From: TPA_inf: Saccharomyces
Lineage: Eukaryota
Direction: 5' to 3'
DNA: 64,000 bases
Assembly (NCBI GenBank): GCA_000146045.2
Contig: BK006938.2
Coordinates: forward strand, 896,001 to 960,000
Of the stretch, positions 11,330 to 24,500 are shown piece by piece (position 1 is the stretch's first letter; every line of letters begins with the position of its first letter). A program made the position numbers and the translations under genes. A model generated the notes under the pieces. That model was not told the DNA's origin. It was given only the letters and a program-made list of their open reading frames with translations, and did no database searches.

Positions 11330-13438
11330 ATGGTGAGCATGTTCTCATTATTTCTGCTATTAATTGAGCAATCGCCGCTTGTAGCGTCATTGCAACAAAG
11401 TCAACGGCATATAGTGGGTGTTCCCTGGGAAAAGCAGCACTTGTATGACTCGAATGAACCAGATTTGACTAAATGGCACTGTTTGAACCACGAAGATATC
11501 GTATTGGATATAAGCCAGATTAATGATGGGGTTTGTGATTGTCCTGATGGTTCAGATGAGCCCGGCAGCGCCGCCTGCGTGGAAGATATATTCAAAAGCG
11601 TTGCAGAGGGAGGTGGTAAAGTGAATAAGTATTTTTATTGTGATAACAAGGGGTTTATTCCAAGATATATACGAAAATCGGAAGTCGCAGATGGTATTTG
11701 TGACTGCTGTGACTGTTCTGACGAGCTACTTTCTGGATATGAGCTCTTTGATGCTGGATCTAATTGTTCTCAGTTAAAAAACGAATTTGACATTATGGCC
11801 TCTAAAGAGTTATCAAGTTACCGGGAAGGTAAAGAGGCCCTAGAAGAACTGGAAAGAAAATACGGTACAAAGGAAGAGGCTATCACCCGTGGTAATTGCT
11901 TAGAAGAAGATAAGGAAAAAGCTTCTGCCGAGATAAAAGTACTCTCCAACAGGCTCTCAGAAAATCGAGCCAAATTAGAGCAGTTGAGAGGCGAGTACTT
12001 TAACCAATTAAGCCATGATCCCATTTTGTATCAATTTGAACAATTAAACAGTACTCGTTTGGGATCGGACATCCTTACATCGTTCACTATGGTTTCAAGA
12101 GTAAGTAAAGGTTACCAGGACATATTCAAGATTTTAAGTGATTTATCAGAGGCCTATACTCCCTCGCTAAATGATAAAGTTGTCAATGATAATATTAAAA
12201 AATTCAGAAAAGTTAGAAGACGGGCTGAAAAGGCTAAAATTAATGCAGATAGCAAAATTGATGATGAGCAGGCAGATAATCTTTACTTGTACTTTACAGA
12301 AGAAGTACCTCAAATTTTTTTGAAAAGAGAATCTGAGAACACGTTGAGGTACGTCATAGGAAAATCCAATTTTGTTCAAGCGCTAGTGGAGGGTAAAATT
12401 AACTATACCAACGATATCTTGGAGTATATCAGAGAATTCCGTTTGATTATGGATGATATTTCTCAGAATTACAATGTTAACTTTCAAGATGCAGGGGTCA
12501 AAAGTGCTGTCGATTCGTATAAAAACTACCTAGGTGAATACGGCGAACTGGCTGAATTAGAACCAGCTCACCCGTCAGAGAGCCTTTTGAGATCGTTGAG
12601 CGAAGTAACATCATTTGTGAACGAGAATGCACCAAAGGTATTGCCACCAGACGCTGTTGAGTCAGAACAAGATACGAACAGCGATCATATCGGTACTTCT
12701 GGAGATTTGCGCAATAAACTCAAAGAGATTCTATCTAAGCTGAATATTTTTTCATCTAGAAAAGATTTGGTCTCATTAGAGAAGAGATTCCGCTCTTGTG
12801 AAAGTCAAGTCAGTCTCCTGGAGAATGAATTAAAGCAAAAAATGGACTATAAGAAATTATTAGATGAAACTGAAGATGAAGGAACTAATTCTACTGCAGG
12901 AAATCTGACTGAGCTTTTAGAACTAATGGGATCACAATCCTATTGTCTTGACGACATACTGGACAACTATGTGTACACTATATGCTTTCAACGTCCAATG
13001 ACCGAAGGTGTCATATATCAAGCTGAGGATAAGGTTGACGGTAAAAAAGTTTTGATCGGTCGTTTTAAGACATCAGGTTTTAATGTTGACTTAAACATGG
13101 AAAAATACGCAGAACATTTAAAGGCCACATATGATGAGAAGAGTGATTTGATTTCAAACTTAGCAGCTATACAGGACGATGACGGTAACATGCAACATTA
13201 CGTATTCGGGAACTTAAACGAACTGAATAATGGTCTGGTACTAGAATACGAAAATGGAGACCAGTGCTGGAATGGTCCGCGCAGATCGGCTACTGTATTT
13301 GTTCGGTGCAGCGACAAATTCAAGATTCGGAGTGTACATGAAGCGACTAAGTGCAACTACATCTTCGATGTCGTTGGTCCTCTAGGCTGCAACAAGACTT
13401 TCGAATACGAGCCCCCTAAGTTCAATTTAAGTGAATGA
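11330..13438 (+). CDS. GTB1: GTB1 glucosidase II beta subunit, 702 aa
   Basis: Signal peptide MVSMFSLFLLLIEQSPLVASL from the ATG at 11330. Two LDLa-like DGxCDCxDGSDE motifs and a C-terminal MRH domain. The track start at 11225 is a non-ATG extension. Confidence 0.88.
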   Translation: MVSMFSLFLLLIEQSPLVASLQQSQRHIVGVPWEKQHLYDSNEPDLTKWHCLNHEDIVLDISQINDGVCDCPDGSDEPGSAACVEDIFKSVAEGGGKVNKYFYCDNKGFIPRYIRKSEVADGICDCCDCSDELLSGYELFDAGSNCSQLKNEFDIMASKELSSYREGKEALEELERKYGTKEEAITRGNCLEEDKEKASAEIKVLSNRLSENRAKLEQLRGEYFNQLSHDPILYQFEQLNSTRLGSDILTSFTMVSRVSKGYQDIFKILSDLSEAYTPSLNDKVVNDNIKKFRKVRRRAEKAKINADSKIDDEQADNLYLYFTEEVPQIFLKRESENTLRYVIGKSNFVQALVEGKINYTNDILEYIREFRLIMDDISQNYNVNFQDAGVKSAVDSYKNYLGEYGELAELEPAHPSESLLRSLSEVTSFVNENAPKVLPPDAVESEQDTNSDHIGTSGDLRNKLKEILSKLNIFSSRKDLVSLEKRFRSCESQVSLLENELKQKMDYKKLLDETEDEGTNSTAGNLTELLELMGSQSYCLDDILDNYVYTICFQRPMTEGVIYQAEDKVDGKKVLIGRFKTSGFNVDLNMEKYAEHLKATYDEKSDLISNLAAIQDDDGNMQHYVFGNLNELNNGLVLEYENGDQCWNGPRRSATVFVRCSDKFKIRSVHEATKCNYIFDVVGPLGCNKTFEYEPPKFNLSE

Positions 13439-13727
13439 CTGGAAAATGAGTAGTTAGGCTTTTTTAGTAAGTAAACAACTAGGAAGGCCGATGCTGTGCC
13501 GTGATACTCTTTTCCGCAACAAAAGCAATATTTCCCTCGGCCAAAACGCGAAAAGACGATAAATAAGTATATCGTTCCAAATACTGATAGTTCTGTACGA
13601 CCTGTTGGAATAACGCGAAAAGAAGGGTACGGCGTAATCACCCCACACGGCTTGTATTTTTTTCGGAGAACTAAGTCATAGACGTAATGCTAATTTTTCC
13701 GTCTAGCCGATGTTTATGCGGCTTTTA

Positions 13728-13746
13728 TTTTTTTTTTTTTTTTTTT
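13728..13746. repeat. Poly(dT) tract of 19 T between the GTB1 3' end and the YDR222W promoter
   Basis: A T19 homopolymer, likely a nucleosome-excluding element. Confidence 0.9.
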
Positions 13747-14053
13747 CTCATCTTTGTTCTTCCGGTTTCCAAGATGTCTCACAGATTATTACAGTGAATT
13801 CCAAAATCATGTTTACTACTGGAATTTGTATGCATATGTTTTGGCAATCTTAAGCCTACGGATTTTAAATGTGATGGATATAACGAACAGTGTTTACTGG
13901 AGACTCACTTCTCTGGGCTTGAGTTTACGATGTATAGTCATATAAAAATGAAGAAATTTCTTGAGTGACAATTGCCGCCGTACTTCGTATTGTCTTTTCT
14001 TGACAGTGAGGGCGTATAAGATACATCGTACATACATAGAGACTCATTTAGTG

Positions 14054-15301
14054 ATGCTTGAATCGAGCAGTGATAAGATAAAGTTTGCGCCTATTAAAGA
14101 GGTAGATTACAAAAAACCGGTAAGTAAGAGTAAGAACTATACTCTTATTAATGACATCCAACCATTGGAGTGGTATTGTCACAATGATAGTGAAACGGGC
14201 TACCAACACACCATAAGTAACAAGACAGATGGTGGTAGAGGTTTATTCAGAGTGATGAAAAAATCGATGGAGACCAGAGTCGAGACCCAAACGTTATATT
14301 TCACAGATTTGCATACAGGCTTGTGTGGATTTGTTCAATTACTGTATTCTACGGTTATGGGTGGTATCTATAAAGGCTTCCAATTGAATTTCAAGGTTTT
14401 TGGCTCAGAAAGTAATAATACTGACTACGACGTTTGGGAAAGTTTTAAATTGGATGACATAGCTGAATTTCAACCATTAAAGTTTGTCTCTAGAAATGTT
14501 ATTTTTGAATTTTTGAGCAACAAAAATGAAAAATTAGGTTCCATTGGCCAGTTATCTATCAAATGTGATTTACCAACATGTAACAATACAATTCAAAATT
14601 TGAAAATCGATTTGTTGGTGGATTTGTTTCAAGGTTTTAAGATGAACCCCAACGGTTGCAATTATTATTTTGACAAACAAATCTCGATGAGTGACGAATT
14701 CGTTTCCTCAGACAAAATGATCAGACATGTTTTTGTGCCCAGAGGTAAATGTAATGGTAATATTTCCTACGATAAAAAACTCAATAGTGGGGACTTTCAA
14801 AATAAAAATATTTCATTAACTGATGTTCCTGTCGTTTATCTGGACGCTGTTCAAGGTCTTTTGCCGAATAAAGCAGCCAGTAAATGGAATTTCCTATGTT
14901 TTCAGAGCGAAAACTACTCTGTTTTAGCAATTGAATTCACTACTCCTCGAGATCATGATAACGTCACCGTAACAGTTTGGTCAATTACTGAAAAAAACAA
15001 ACTGATATCTATTGGTTCTTCTGTGCAGAGCCCAAAACGTCATGTTAGGTTCCGTGCTACGAGTACAGATAAGGAAAGCGGCTGGGTATATCCAACCTCT
15101 ATCAAGTTCCCCGGTGGATTTTCAGAACACGACTTGAGGCTGGTTAATCGATACGACGTTCTCGGTGAGTTACCAAGCATGGTCAGGTCGTTAGCTCAGA
15201 AAATTGTGAGCATCAAACCTTTCATTTATCAATACTGTCAACCTTCTAAATATAAGCACGAGAAAGGTATTTCTATCGTTGAGAGCACCTTCATTAGTTG
15301 A
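14054..15301 (+). CDS. YDR222W, uncharacterised SVF1-like protein (paralog of YLR225C), 415 aa
   Basis: Position between GTB1 and CRF1. The ATG at 14054 gives MLESSSDKIKF... and a 415-aa length. Confidence 0.75.
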   Translation: MLESSSDKIKFAPIKEVDYKKPVSKSKNYTLINDIQPLEWYCHNDSETGYQHTISNKTDGGRGLFRVMKKSMETRVETQTLYFTDLHTGLCGFVQLLYSTVMGGIYKGFQLNFKVFGSESNNTDYDVWESFKLDDIAEFQPLKFVSRNVIFEFLSNKNEKLGSIGQLSIKCDLPTCNNTIQNLKIDLLVDLFQGFKMNPNGCNYYFDKQISMSDEFVSSDKMIRHVFVPRGKCNGNISYDKKLNSGDFQNKNISLTDVPVVYLDAVQGLLPNKAASKWNFLCFQSENYSVLAIEFTTPRDHDNVTVTVWSITEKNKLISIGSSVQSPKRHVRFRATSTDKESGWVYPTSIKFPGGFSEHDLRLVNRYDVLGELPSMVRSLAQKIVSIKPFIYQYCQPSKYKHEKGISIVESTFIS

Positions 15302-16098
15302 ACAAAAGCGTGAACACTTCCACATGAAATTCGTTTTTTGTCCTTTTTTTTCTCTTCTTTTTCTCTCCTGTTTCTTCTACCAACTTTACCTAATAATTAA
15401 TGTGTAATCGAATTTTTTTACATAATCACTACCTAATAACTAATTTATCATCACTTTTTTTTTTCATTTTGAGGCCACACTTTCCCCCATGGACTATTGC
15501 ATCATTGCGCCATGCTTCTTACTTGCGTAAGCCATAGAACGGAAATATCATGTTCCCCTTGCCGCATGCATATTGAAAACATCACGGGAACGAGAAGAAT
15601 GGCATTTTCGAAATAAAAAGAAATCATATTTCAAATGTTGGGGAGAGAAAGCAAAGGGGAATCAATAATCATTAAGGGAAGTCGATGAAAGTTTCCTTTT
15701 CCGAACTCTACCTCGCCTTATATAAAACCTTGGTCTAAACGGATAAACCGAGATGTAGTTGAGTTTGTGAATCCAGTTCTTGTCCTTCTTCCTCTTTCAA
15801 AAAGTGAAGCAATCAGTTGAGAGTGTAGCTATAGAGGTGTGTACTCTAGAAATCAGACTTTCATAGCAAGCAGACTTTTTTTTTGTTGAATCTTACTAGC
15901 GGATTTTTTAGAGTTTTCTTCTTCGGACTAATCTGTCAATGGTTCCAGTAAGATTAATGAGTCAAAAGCCCTCTATAATTGTATCGAGAAATTTCTTAAA
16001 AGAAGGAATATAATTATTGCGGTCACTAGAAAGTTATAAGAAGGTTACCATTTAACTGAACAGCAGCGGTATAGTACGGAATAAAAAAGTCTTTTAAA

Positions 16099-17502
16099 AT
16101 GTTGCTTAGTGCGCCTGTTAACAGTACCGTGCGGCGCAAGCCACACAGTCCAAATAAAAAAAAGCCAAAAGAGACAGGTACAGCTGCTTCCTTTTCGTCG
16201 TCCTCTTCAACTGTCGTCCTTTCATCCAATAATGATGGCAGCTTTGATGCTCTTTGGGACCCCTCTATAAGTAAGGCCTCGGATTTTGAGAGTAGCTATA
16301 TTAGTGCTAAACGATTAAAACCAGAAAGTAGTAATAGACAGAAAAAAAAAAATTCTTATAAATATTCTAGGGAGGAAAACACCAACGAGGTAGAGGAAAA
16401 GACGTCTCTTGGCAGCAGCTCTAAGACAGAAGCAGATAATATATTTAATGACCAGCTCACGTCAGCTGGCAATACTACATATGTCAGTAATAAGCGCGAT
16501 GTAAACTTCGGGGCGAATTCGGCTGTAGTACTGCTCGGTTTGCCAACAAGTAAAAGTGAATCTCACCGACAATACCACAGTCCTTCGGCTTCAACAACTA
16601 ATGAAGATGAAGAGGACATTGGTGTTGATATTTTAGTAGACAACCACATCGATAGTTGCGAAACAGTATCGATAAATAATAATAGAGGTATTACACACCA
16701 ATATCCAGAAACGGAATCAGATGTCGACTTTGATGAGGCCGTGATATTGACACCAATGGATGGTACGGATAAGGGAGTGAAAAATCCAAGACCACTCGAA
16801 AAAAAATATAGTAGCAGTTGTTTTGAGGACCGTACGCCCCTTAACTTGGATGATGGTCATTTCAGTGAATGCAATCATTTTTCTACATTAGATGTGTCTA
16901 GCTTTTTTCATCTCAACGAGCATGTGCATAAAATCGACGAAGTAGAGCTCGATGGACCTGATCGCACCTTTAGTCTAGACAACGTCGCTATTAATACAAG
17001 GAAAAAGGATATTGATTGCCTCTATAATAGTTCAAGAGAAGACTTATCCAACCTCACATGTTCTTCGGAAGGCCCAAGGAATGATAGTTATGATAGTGAT
17101 TACAACATTGATGAGGTCACTTATAGAGATGATGAATCAACAGATGAAGACGAGAGCTTACCAACCCCAGATCGAAAAAGGAAGAAAATTGGCCATAAAG
17201 CTTGCGAAATATTGGATTCTAAAAGAATTGGAATAAAAGTACCAAAGTTATACGTTTGGTCTTTAAGTGATAAACCGTTTAGTGTTATCGATGGGTTGTG
17301 CACAAAATCGCTGTACCCATTGAGTGATGACATAAATACTCCTGAAAGTTTGAGCTCATGCTCAAGCTCAGTAAGTTCACGGGAAAATCAAAAAGGAGAT
17401 GCAACATTTGATAATGATGCTATGATAGCCGACCTTCTAAACATAGGCGGACTCGAAGTAGAGAAGGCATCCAATGGCCATATTGAGCTCATAGGCGAGT
17501 GA
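16099..17502 (+). CDS. CRF1: CRF1 transcriptional corepressor of ribosomal protein genes (IFH1 paralog), 467 aa
   Basis: Ser-rich acidic protein. Length and position immediately upstream of HTB1 match. ATG checked at 16099. Confidence 0.8.
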   Translation: MLLSAPVNSTVRRKPHSPNKKKPKETGTAASFSSSSSTVVLSSNNDGSFDALWDPSISKASDFESSYISAKRLKPESSNRQKKKNSYKYSREENTNEVEEKTSLGSSSKTEADNIFNDQLTSAGNTTYVSNKRDVNFGANSAVVLLGLPTSKSESHRQYHSPSASTTNEDEEDIGVDILVDNHIDSCETVSINNNRGITHQYPETESDVDFDEAVILTPMDGTDKGVKNPRPLEKKYSSSCFEDRTPLNLDDGHFSECNHFSTLDVSSFFHLNEHVHKIDEVELDGPDRTFSLDNVAINTRKKDIDCLYNSSREDLSNLTCSSEGPRNDSYDSDYNIDEVTYRDDESTDEDESLPTPDRKRKKIGHKACEILDSKRIGIKVPKLYVWSLSDKPFSVIDGLCTKSLYPLSDDINTPESLSSCSSSVSSRENQKGDATFDNDAMIADLLNIGGLEVEKASNGHIELIGE

Positions 17503-17867
17503 TTATTTGATATTCCAGAAGAATCATTATCGTCTTTTAAAGGAAAATATGATCGTTTGCGAAAAAATAGAAGCACTTTACTACTTGAATTGTCATAGAA
17601 TAGTAGGAAAACCTACTTAGTCAGCGAAGATCAACTTGGAATATCGTATGATGAGATGGAGAAAAATTTAGGGGCCGAAATGGATGGATCCACTTGAGAG
17701 AGGATCAAGGAATACTGAAGTGCAGCTGACGATCCAGTCAGCGACATCTGTCTTTTTTTAATTACTATTGCTGTGTACTTATAGAGTCGGTGGCATTTAT
17801 TTTATTTTTAGTATTTTTTTATACGTGCGTATTCTATTGTTCATTTTTTTACCAATTTTTTTTTTAT

Positions 17868-17878
17868 TTTTATATTTT
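17868..17878 (+). other. ARS consensus sequence match (WTTTAYRTTTW) within an AT-rich, ORF-free region 3' of HTB1; candidate replication origin
   Basis: ttttatatttt matches the 11-bp ACS and is flanked by T-rich/A-rich sequence. An ARS at the 3' end of the H2B gene of this histone locus is classical knowledge. Confidence 0.4.
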
Positions 17879-18316
17879 GTTTCTTGCGTGGAGTTTTTAC
17901 AGGAAGTTAATCACAACAGAGGGTTCAATCTCCAAGGCATAAAATAAACAAAAATTGTAATAGTTAGCAACTGCAATACGAATTAAAATTTGAGGAAAAA
18001 TCTAGTATTGTTCACACGAGCCAATGCTCTGAAGTTTCGAAAGCTAATAAATATCATGTGGAAACTTTTCTGAGTCATTAATAAGCAACACTATTTATTC
18101 TTCTTATAATTAGTCTTACAAGTAAACTGCCTTGCCGCATAAGCGCATTCCCTCTATGAGACCATTTGTAATTTCGAGAACACAATTTTACAACCGAGTA
18201 AATATCTTATAATCATTAAAATTATTAAACTATTATACAATTTTTTTTACTTTACTTTAATTTTTATATACCCATATAAATAATAATATTAATTATAACC
18301 AAAGGAAGTGATTTCA

Positions 18317-18712
18317 TTATGCTTGAGTAGAGGAAGAGTACTTGGTAACAGCTCTAGTACCTTCAGAGACAGCATGCTTAGCCAATTCACCTGGTAAGAT
18401 CAATCTAACAGCGGTTTGAATTTCTCTAGCAGAGATAGTAGACTTCTTGTTATACGCAGCCAATTTAGAAGCTTCAGTAGCGATTCTTTCAAAGATATCG
18501 TTAACGAAAGAGTTCAAGATAGACATGGACTTTTGGGAAATACCAGTGTCAGGGTGAGTTTGCTTCAAAACTTTGTAAATGTAAGAAGAGTATGTTTCCT
18601 TTCTAGCCTTGCTTCTCTTCTTACCATCAGTGGAAGTGGAAGTCTTTTTAGCGGCTGGTTTCTTTTCAGCTGGGGCTTTGGAGGCTGGTTTCTTTTCGGC
18701 TTTAGCAGACAT
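18317..18712 (-). CDS. HTB1: HTB1 histone H2B, 131 aa
   Basis: Canonical H2B sequence ([23 protein letters not shown]...[16 protein letters not shown]). Divergent to H2A and adjacent to ADK1, which makes it the HTA1-HTB1 copy. Confidence 0.95.
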
Positions 18713-19529
18713 TGTATGTGTGTATGGTTTATTTGTGGTTTGACTTGTCTATATAGGATAAATTTAATATAACAATAATCGAAAATGCGGAAAGAGAAAC
18801 GTCTTTAATAAATCTGACCATCTGAGATGATCAAATCATGTTGTTTATATACATCAAGAAAACAGAGATGCCCCTTTCTTACCAATCGTTACAAGATAAC
18901 CAACCAAGGTAGTATTTGCCACTACTAAGGCCAATTCTCTTGATTTTAAATCCATCGTTCTCATTTTTTCGCGGAAGAAAGGGTGCAACGCGCGAAAAAG
19001 TGAGAACAGCCTTCCCTTTCGGGCGACATTGAGCGTCTAACCATAGTTAACGACCCAACCGCGTTTTCTTCAAATTTGAACTCGCCGAGCTCACAAATAA
19101 TTCATTAGCGCTGTTCCAAAATTTTCGCCTCACTGTGCGAAGCTATTGGAATGGAGTGTATTTGGTGGCTCAAAAAAAGAGCACAATAGTTAACTCGTCG
19201 TTGTTGAAGAAACGCCCGTAGAGATATGTGGTTTCTCATGCTGTTATTTGTTATTGCCCACTTTGTTGATTTCAAAATCTTTTCTCACCCCCTTCCCCGT
19301 TCACGAAGCCAGCCAGTGGATCGTAAATACTAGCAATAAGTCTTGACCTAAAAAATATATAAATAAGACTCCTAATCAGCTTGTAGATTTTCTGGTCTTG
19401 TTGAACCATCATCTATTTACTTCCAATCTGTACTTCTCTTCTTGATACTACATCATCATACGGATTTGGTTATTTCTCAGTGAATAAACAACTTCAAAAC
19501 AAACAAATTTCATACATATAAAATATAAA
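18713..19529. promoter_or_regulatory. HTA1-HTB1 divergent promoter with histone UAS (Spt10) repeats, NEG/CCR region and TATA boxes
   Basis: 16-bp GCGAAAAANTNNGAAC-type UAS copies at about 18957-18972 (minus-strand match), 18992-19007 (gcgaaaaagtgagaac), 19061-19081 (degenerate) and 19113-19128 (gttccaaaattttcgc). Candidate NEG region at 19013-19060. TATATAAATA at 19356-19365 for HTA1, and TATATAG on the minus strand at about 18750 for HTB1. Confidence 0.7.
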
Positions 19530-19928
19530 ATGTCCGGTGGTAAAGGTGGTAAAGCTGGTTCAGCTGCTAAAGCTTCTCAATCTAGATCTGCTAAGGCTGG
19601 TTTGACATTCCCAGTCGGTAGAGTGCACAGATTGCTAAGAAGAGGTAACTACGCCCAAAGAATTGGTTCTGGTGCTCCAGTCTACTTGACTGCTGTCTTG
19701 GAATATTTGGCCGCTGAAATTTTAGAATTAGCTGGTAATGCTGCTAGGGATAACAAGAAGACCAGAATTATTCCAAGACATTTGCAATTGGCTATCAGAA
19801 ATGATGACGAATTGAACAAGCTATTGGGTAACGTTACCATTGCCCAAGGTGGTGTTTTGCCAAACATCCATCAAAACTTGTTGCCAAAGAAGTCTGCCAA
19901 GGCTACCAAGGCTTCTCAAGAATTATAA
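19530..19928 (+). CDS. HTA1: HTA1 histone H2A, 132 aa
   Basis: Canonical H2A sequence ([46 protein letters not shown]...SQEL). Confidence 0.95.
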
Positions 19929-20455
19929 GATCGGTTCTGGTATTTTAAAGAAGGCGGAAGGAACTAAACTGCTTCTCCATTGTAACTATATTAAGTGTCT
20001 ATTAGACCTTTCTGTTTTTCCTTTTTATTTTTCTATATATAATTTATTGGGTATATAATTAACGGTAACATATGTCATGCATGATATAAATTTTTTGTTG
20101 TGTCTTCCTGTTTTCTCTGTTGCTCTGTTTAGGTTCATTGGGCACTGTTGCTTACTTGAACATGATTGAGTAGCAAACACATTCTGTGCTTTGTTCACTT
20201 TGATAGTGTGACGAAATTTTCACAACCAAAGGAAAAAAGCTCACGATTGCGCGATCCTGTCACGGAGAACTGTCCGCAGCAGCCCGCGGCTTCTGTCCTT
20301 ATTCGCCCATTTTTTTTTGATTTTCGACTTTTTCACTCTGGCTAGTTTTATTACGCATATTTGTATATATATATACGCATAAATTTCTGAAATGGATTAC
20401 CTGGTTTATCAGAAACGAGAGCTTTAATAAAGAAACATTAACGTTTCTCTGGTAA

Positions 20456-21154
<699 letters not shown>

Positions 21155-21570
21155 TGACCTTGCGCAATGTCTTCTAAATATCTTTTCTTTTTTTTAAATT
21201 AATGAAAATATAATAAATTTTTGTATGTGAGTACATATATCCGCAGTATACTATAAATGAAATAATAACATAAGTGTTTGTAACTGGCTATAACGTCCTT
21301 AAACATGTGCACTGCCATTAAGTACTTAGTCAATATTTTTATCGTTGAGAACGAACGCAAATCATATTACTAAATAGATGAACAAAAGCGCATCACATAA
21401 ACAAAAACGGTATAACAGTAATAGTGAAGCTTTTTATAAACCTATAACGAAATAAGCGCTTTTCAGGTTTTATAATTCAGTCAGAGTTCTAACTGGACAT
21501 CGTTTTGCAGGGGATAAAAAAAAAAAGGAAGCTTCAACCCACAATACCAAAAAAGCGAAGAAAACAGCCA

Positions 21571-24500
21571 ATGCCAAATGACAATAAGACACCCAATAGG
21601 TCCAGCACTCCCAAGTTTACTAAAAAACCAGTAACCCCGAATGATAAAATTCCTGAAAGAGAAGAAAAATCCAATGAAGTGAAGACACCTAAAATTCCAT
21701 TATTCACGTTTGCCAAAAGCAAAAACTATTCAAGGCCGTCAACCGCAATTCATACCTCACCTCATCAACCAAGTGATGTAAAACCGACTTCCCATAAACA
21801 GTTGCAACAGCCAAAATCCTCACCACTGAAAAAAAATAACTATAATTCTTTTCCTCACTCAAATCTGGAAAAAATAAGCAACAGCAAACTACTCTCCCTT
21901 CTTCGGTCCAAAACGTCAGCAGGAAGAATTGAATCAAACAATCCTTCACATGATGCTAGCAGGTCTCTAGCAAGTTTTGAACAAACAGCATTTTCCCGGC
22001 ATGCGCAGCAACAAACTTCTACCTTCAATTCAAAGCCTGTACGTACCATAGTACCGATATCAACATCACAAACCAATAACTCATTTTTATCAGGAGTAAA
22101 AAGCTTACTAAGTGAAGAGAAAATAAGGGATTACTCTAAAGAGATTCTAGGCATAAACTTGGCAAACGAACAGCCTGTTTTAGAGAAGCCACTTAAAAAA
22201 GGATCAGCAGACATCGGCGCCTCTGTGATTTCTTTGACCAAGGACAAATCTATCAGGAAAGATACCGTAGAAGAAAAAAAAGAAGAAAAGTTGAATATAG
22301 GTAAAAACTTTGCCCATTCTGATTCACTATCAGTTCCGAAGGTTAGTGCCGGTGACAGTGGTATATCACCGGAGGAGAGCAAGGCAAGAAGTCCTGGAAT
22401 TGCAAAACCGAATGCCATACAAACAGAAGTGTATGGAATAAATGAGGAATCTACTAACGAGCGTTTAGAAATAAATCAAGAAAAACCAGTAAAATTAGAT
22501 GAGAATAGTGCAAATAGTACGGTCGCATCGGCCTTAGATACCAATGGGACGTCAGCCACGACAGAAACTCTAACATCAAAGAAGATCGTTCCATCTCCAA
22601 AAAAAGTCGCCATTGATCAAGATAAAATAACACTGCACGATGAGAAAACACTTGCACCTTCGAAGCATCAGCCTATAACATCTGAACAAAAAATGAAGGA
22701 AGACGCCGACCTCAAGAGGATGGAAATCTTAAAGTCACCTCATTTGTCGAAAAGTCCAGCTGACAGACCTCAAGGGCGTAGAAACAGCCGAAATTTTTCC
22801 ACTAGAGATGAAGAAACTACAAAACTTGCTTTTCTTGTTGAATATGAAGGCCAAGAAAACAACTATAACTCTACTTCTCGAAGCACAGAAAAGAAAAATG
22901 ATATGAACACTTCTGCAAAGAATAAAAATGGTGAAAACAAGAAAATTGGTAAGAGGCCGCCTGAAATCATGAGCACTGAAGCTCACGTAAACAAAGTAAC
23001 CGAAGAAACCACAAAGCAGATACAGAGTGTACGAATAGATGGTCGAAAAGTGCTTCAAAAAGTACAAGGAGAATCCCACATTGATTCGAGAAACAATACC
23101 CTGAATGTTACACCATCAAAGAGGCCCCAGCTAGGAGAAATACCGAATCCTATGAAAAAGCATAAGCCTAATGAAGGGCGAACTCCAAATATCTCAAACG
23201 GTACAATAAACATCCAAAAGAAATTAGAGCCTAAGGAAATTGTGCGAGATATTTTGCATACGAAAGAATCATCAAATGAGGCTAAGAAAACTATTCAAAA
23301 CCCTTTAAATAAATCACAAAACACTGCTCTTCCTTCCACACATAAAGTTACACAAAAAAAAGATATAAAAATTGGAACTAATGACCTTTTTCAGGTTGAA
23401 TCTGCTCCAAAAATATCCTCAGAGATTGACCGGGAGAATGTTAAATCAAAGGATGAACCGGTTTCCAAGGCTGTTGAAAGCAAATCTTTATTAAATTTGT
23501 TTTCAAACGTACTCAAGGCTCCTTTCATTAAAAGTGAAAGCAAACCTTTTTCTAGTGATGCTCTGTCAAAAGAAAAAGCCAATTTTTTGGAAACTATCGC
23601 TTCCACTGAAAAGCCAGAAAATAAGACTGATAAGGTGTCTCTATCTCAGCCAGTTAGTGCAAGTAAGCATGAGTATAGCGATAATTTTCCAGTTTCTCTA
23701 TCTCAACCTTCAAAGAAATCTTTCGCAAATCATACAGAGGATGAGCAAATTGAAAAAAAGAAGATCTGCCGTGGGAGAATGAATACGATAATAACTCACC
23801 CGGGAAAAATGGAGCTGGTATACGTGTCCGACTCAGACGATTCTTCTTCAGATAATGATAGCCTAACTGACTTGGAAAGTTTAAGCTCTGGTGAATCAAA
23901 TGAAATCAAAGTAACTAATGATTTAGATACAAGTGCTGAAAAGGACCAAATTCAGGCAGGCAAATGGTTTGATCCTGTATTGGATTGGCGAAAATCTGAT
24001 CGTGAATTGACGAAAAACATTCTTTGGAGGATAGCTGATAAAACGACATACGATAAAGAAACAATAACTGACCTTATTGAACAAGGGATCCCAAAACATA
24101 GTTATTTAAGTGGCAATCCATTAACTAGTGTGACTAACGACATTTGCTCTGTTGAAAACTATGAAACATCAAGTGCTTTCTTTTACCAACAAGTGCACAA
24201 GAAGGACAGATTACAATATTTGCCATTATATGCAGTTTCTACATTTGAAAACACAAATAACACTGAAAAAAATGATGTGACCAATAAAAATATCAATATA
24301 GGGAAACATAGCCAAGAACAAAATTCTTCTTCCGCTAAACCATCCCAAATTCCAACCGTGTCTTCTCCATTAGGATTCGAAGAAACAAAGCTAAGTACCA
24401 CGCCTACTAAAAGCAATAGAAGAGTGTCGCATAGTGATACTAATTCTAGCAAACCCAAAAACACGAAGGAGAACCTTTCAAAAAGCTCTTGGAGGCAAGA

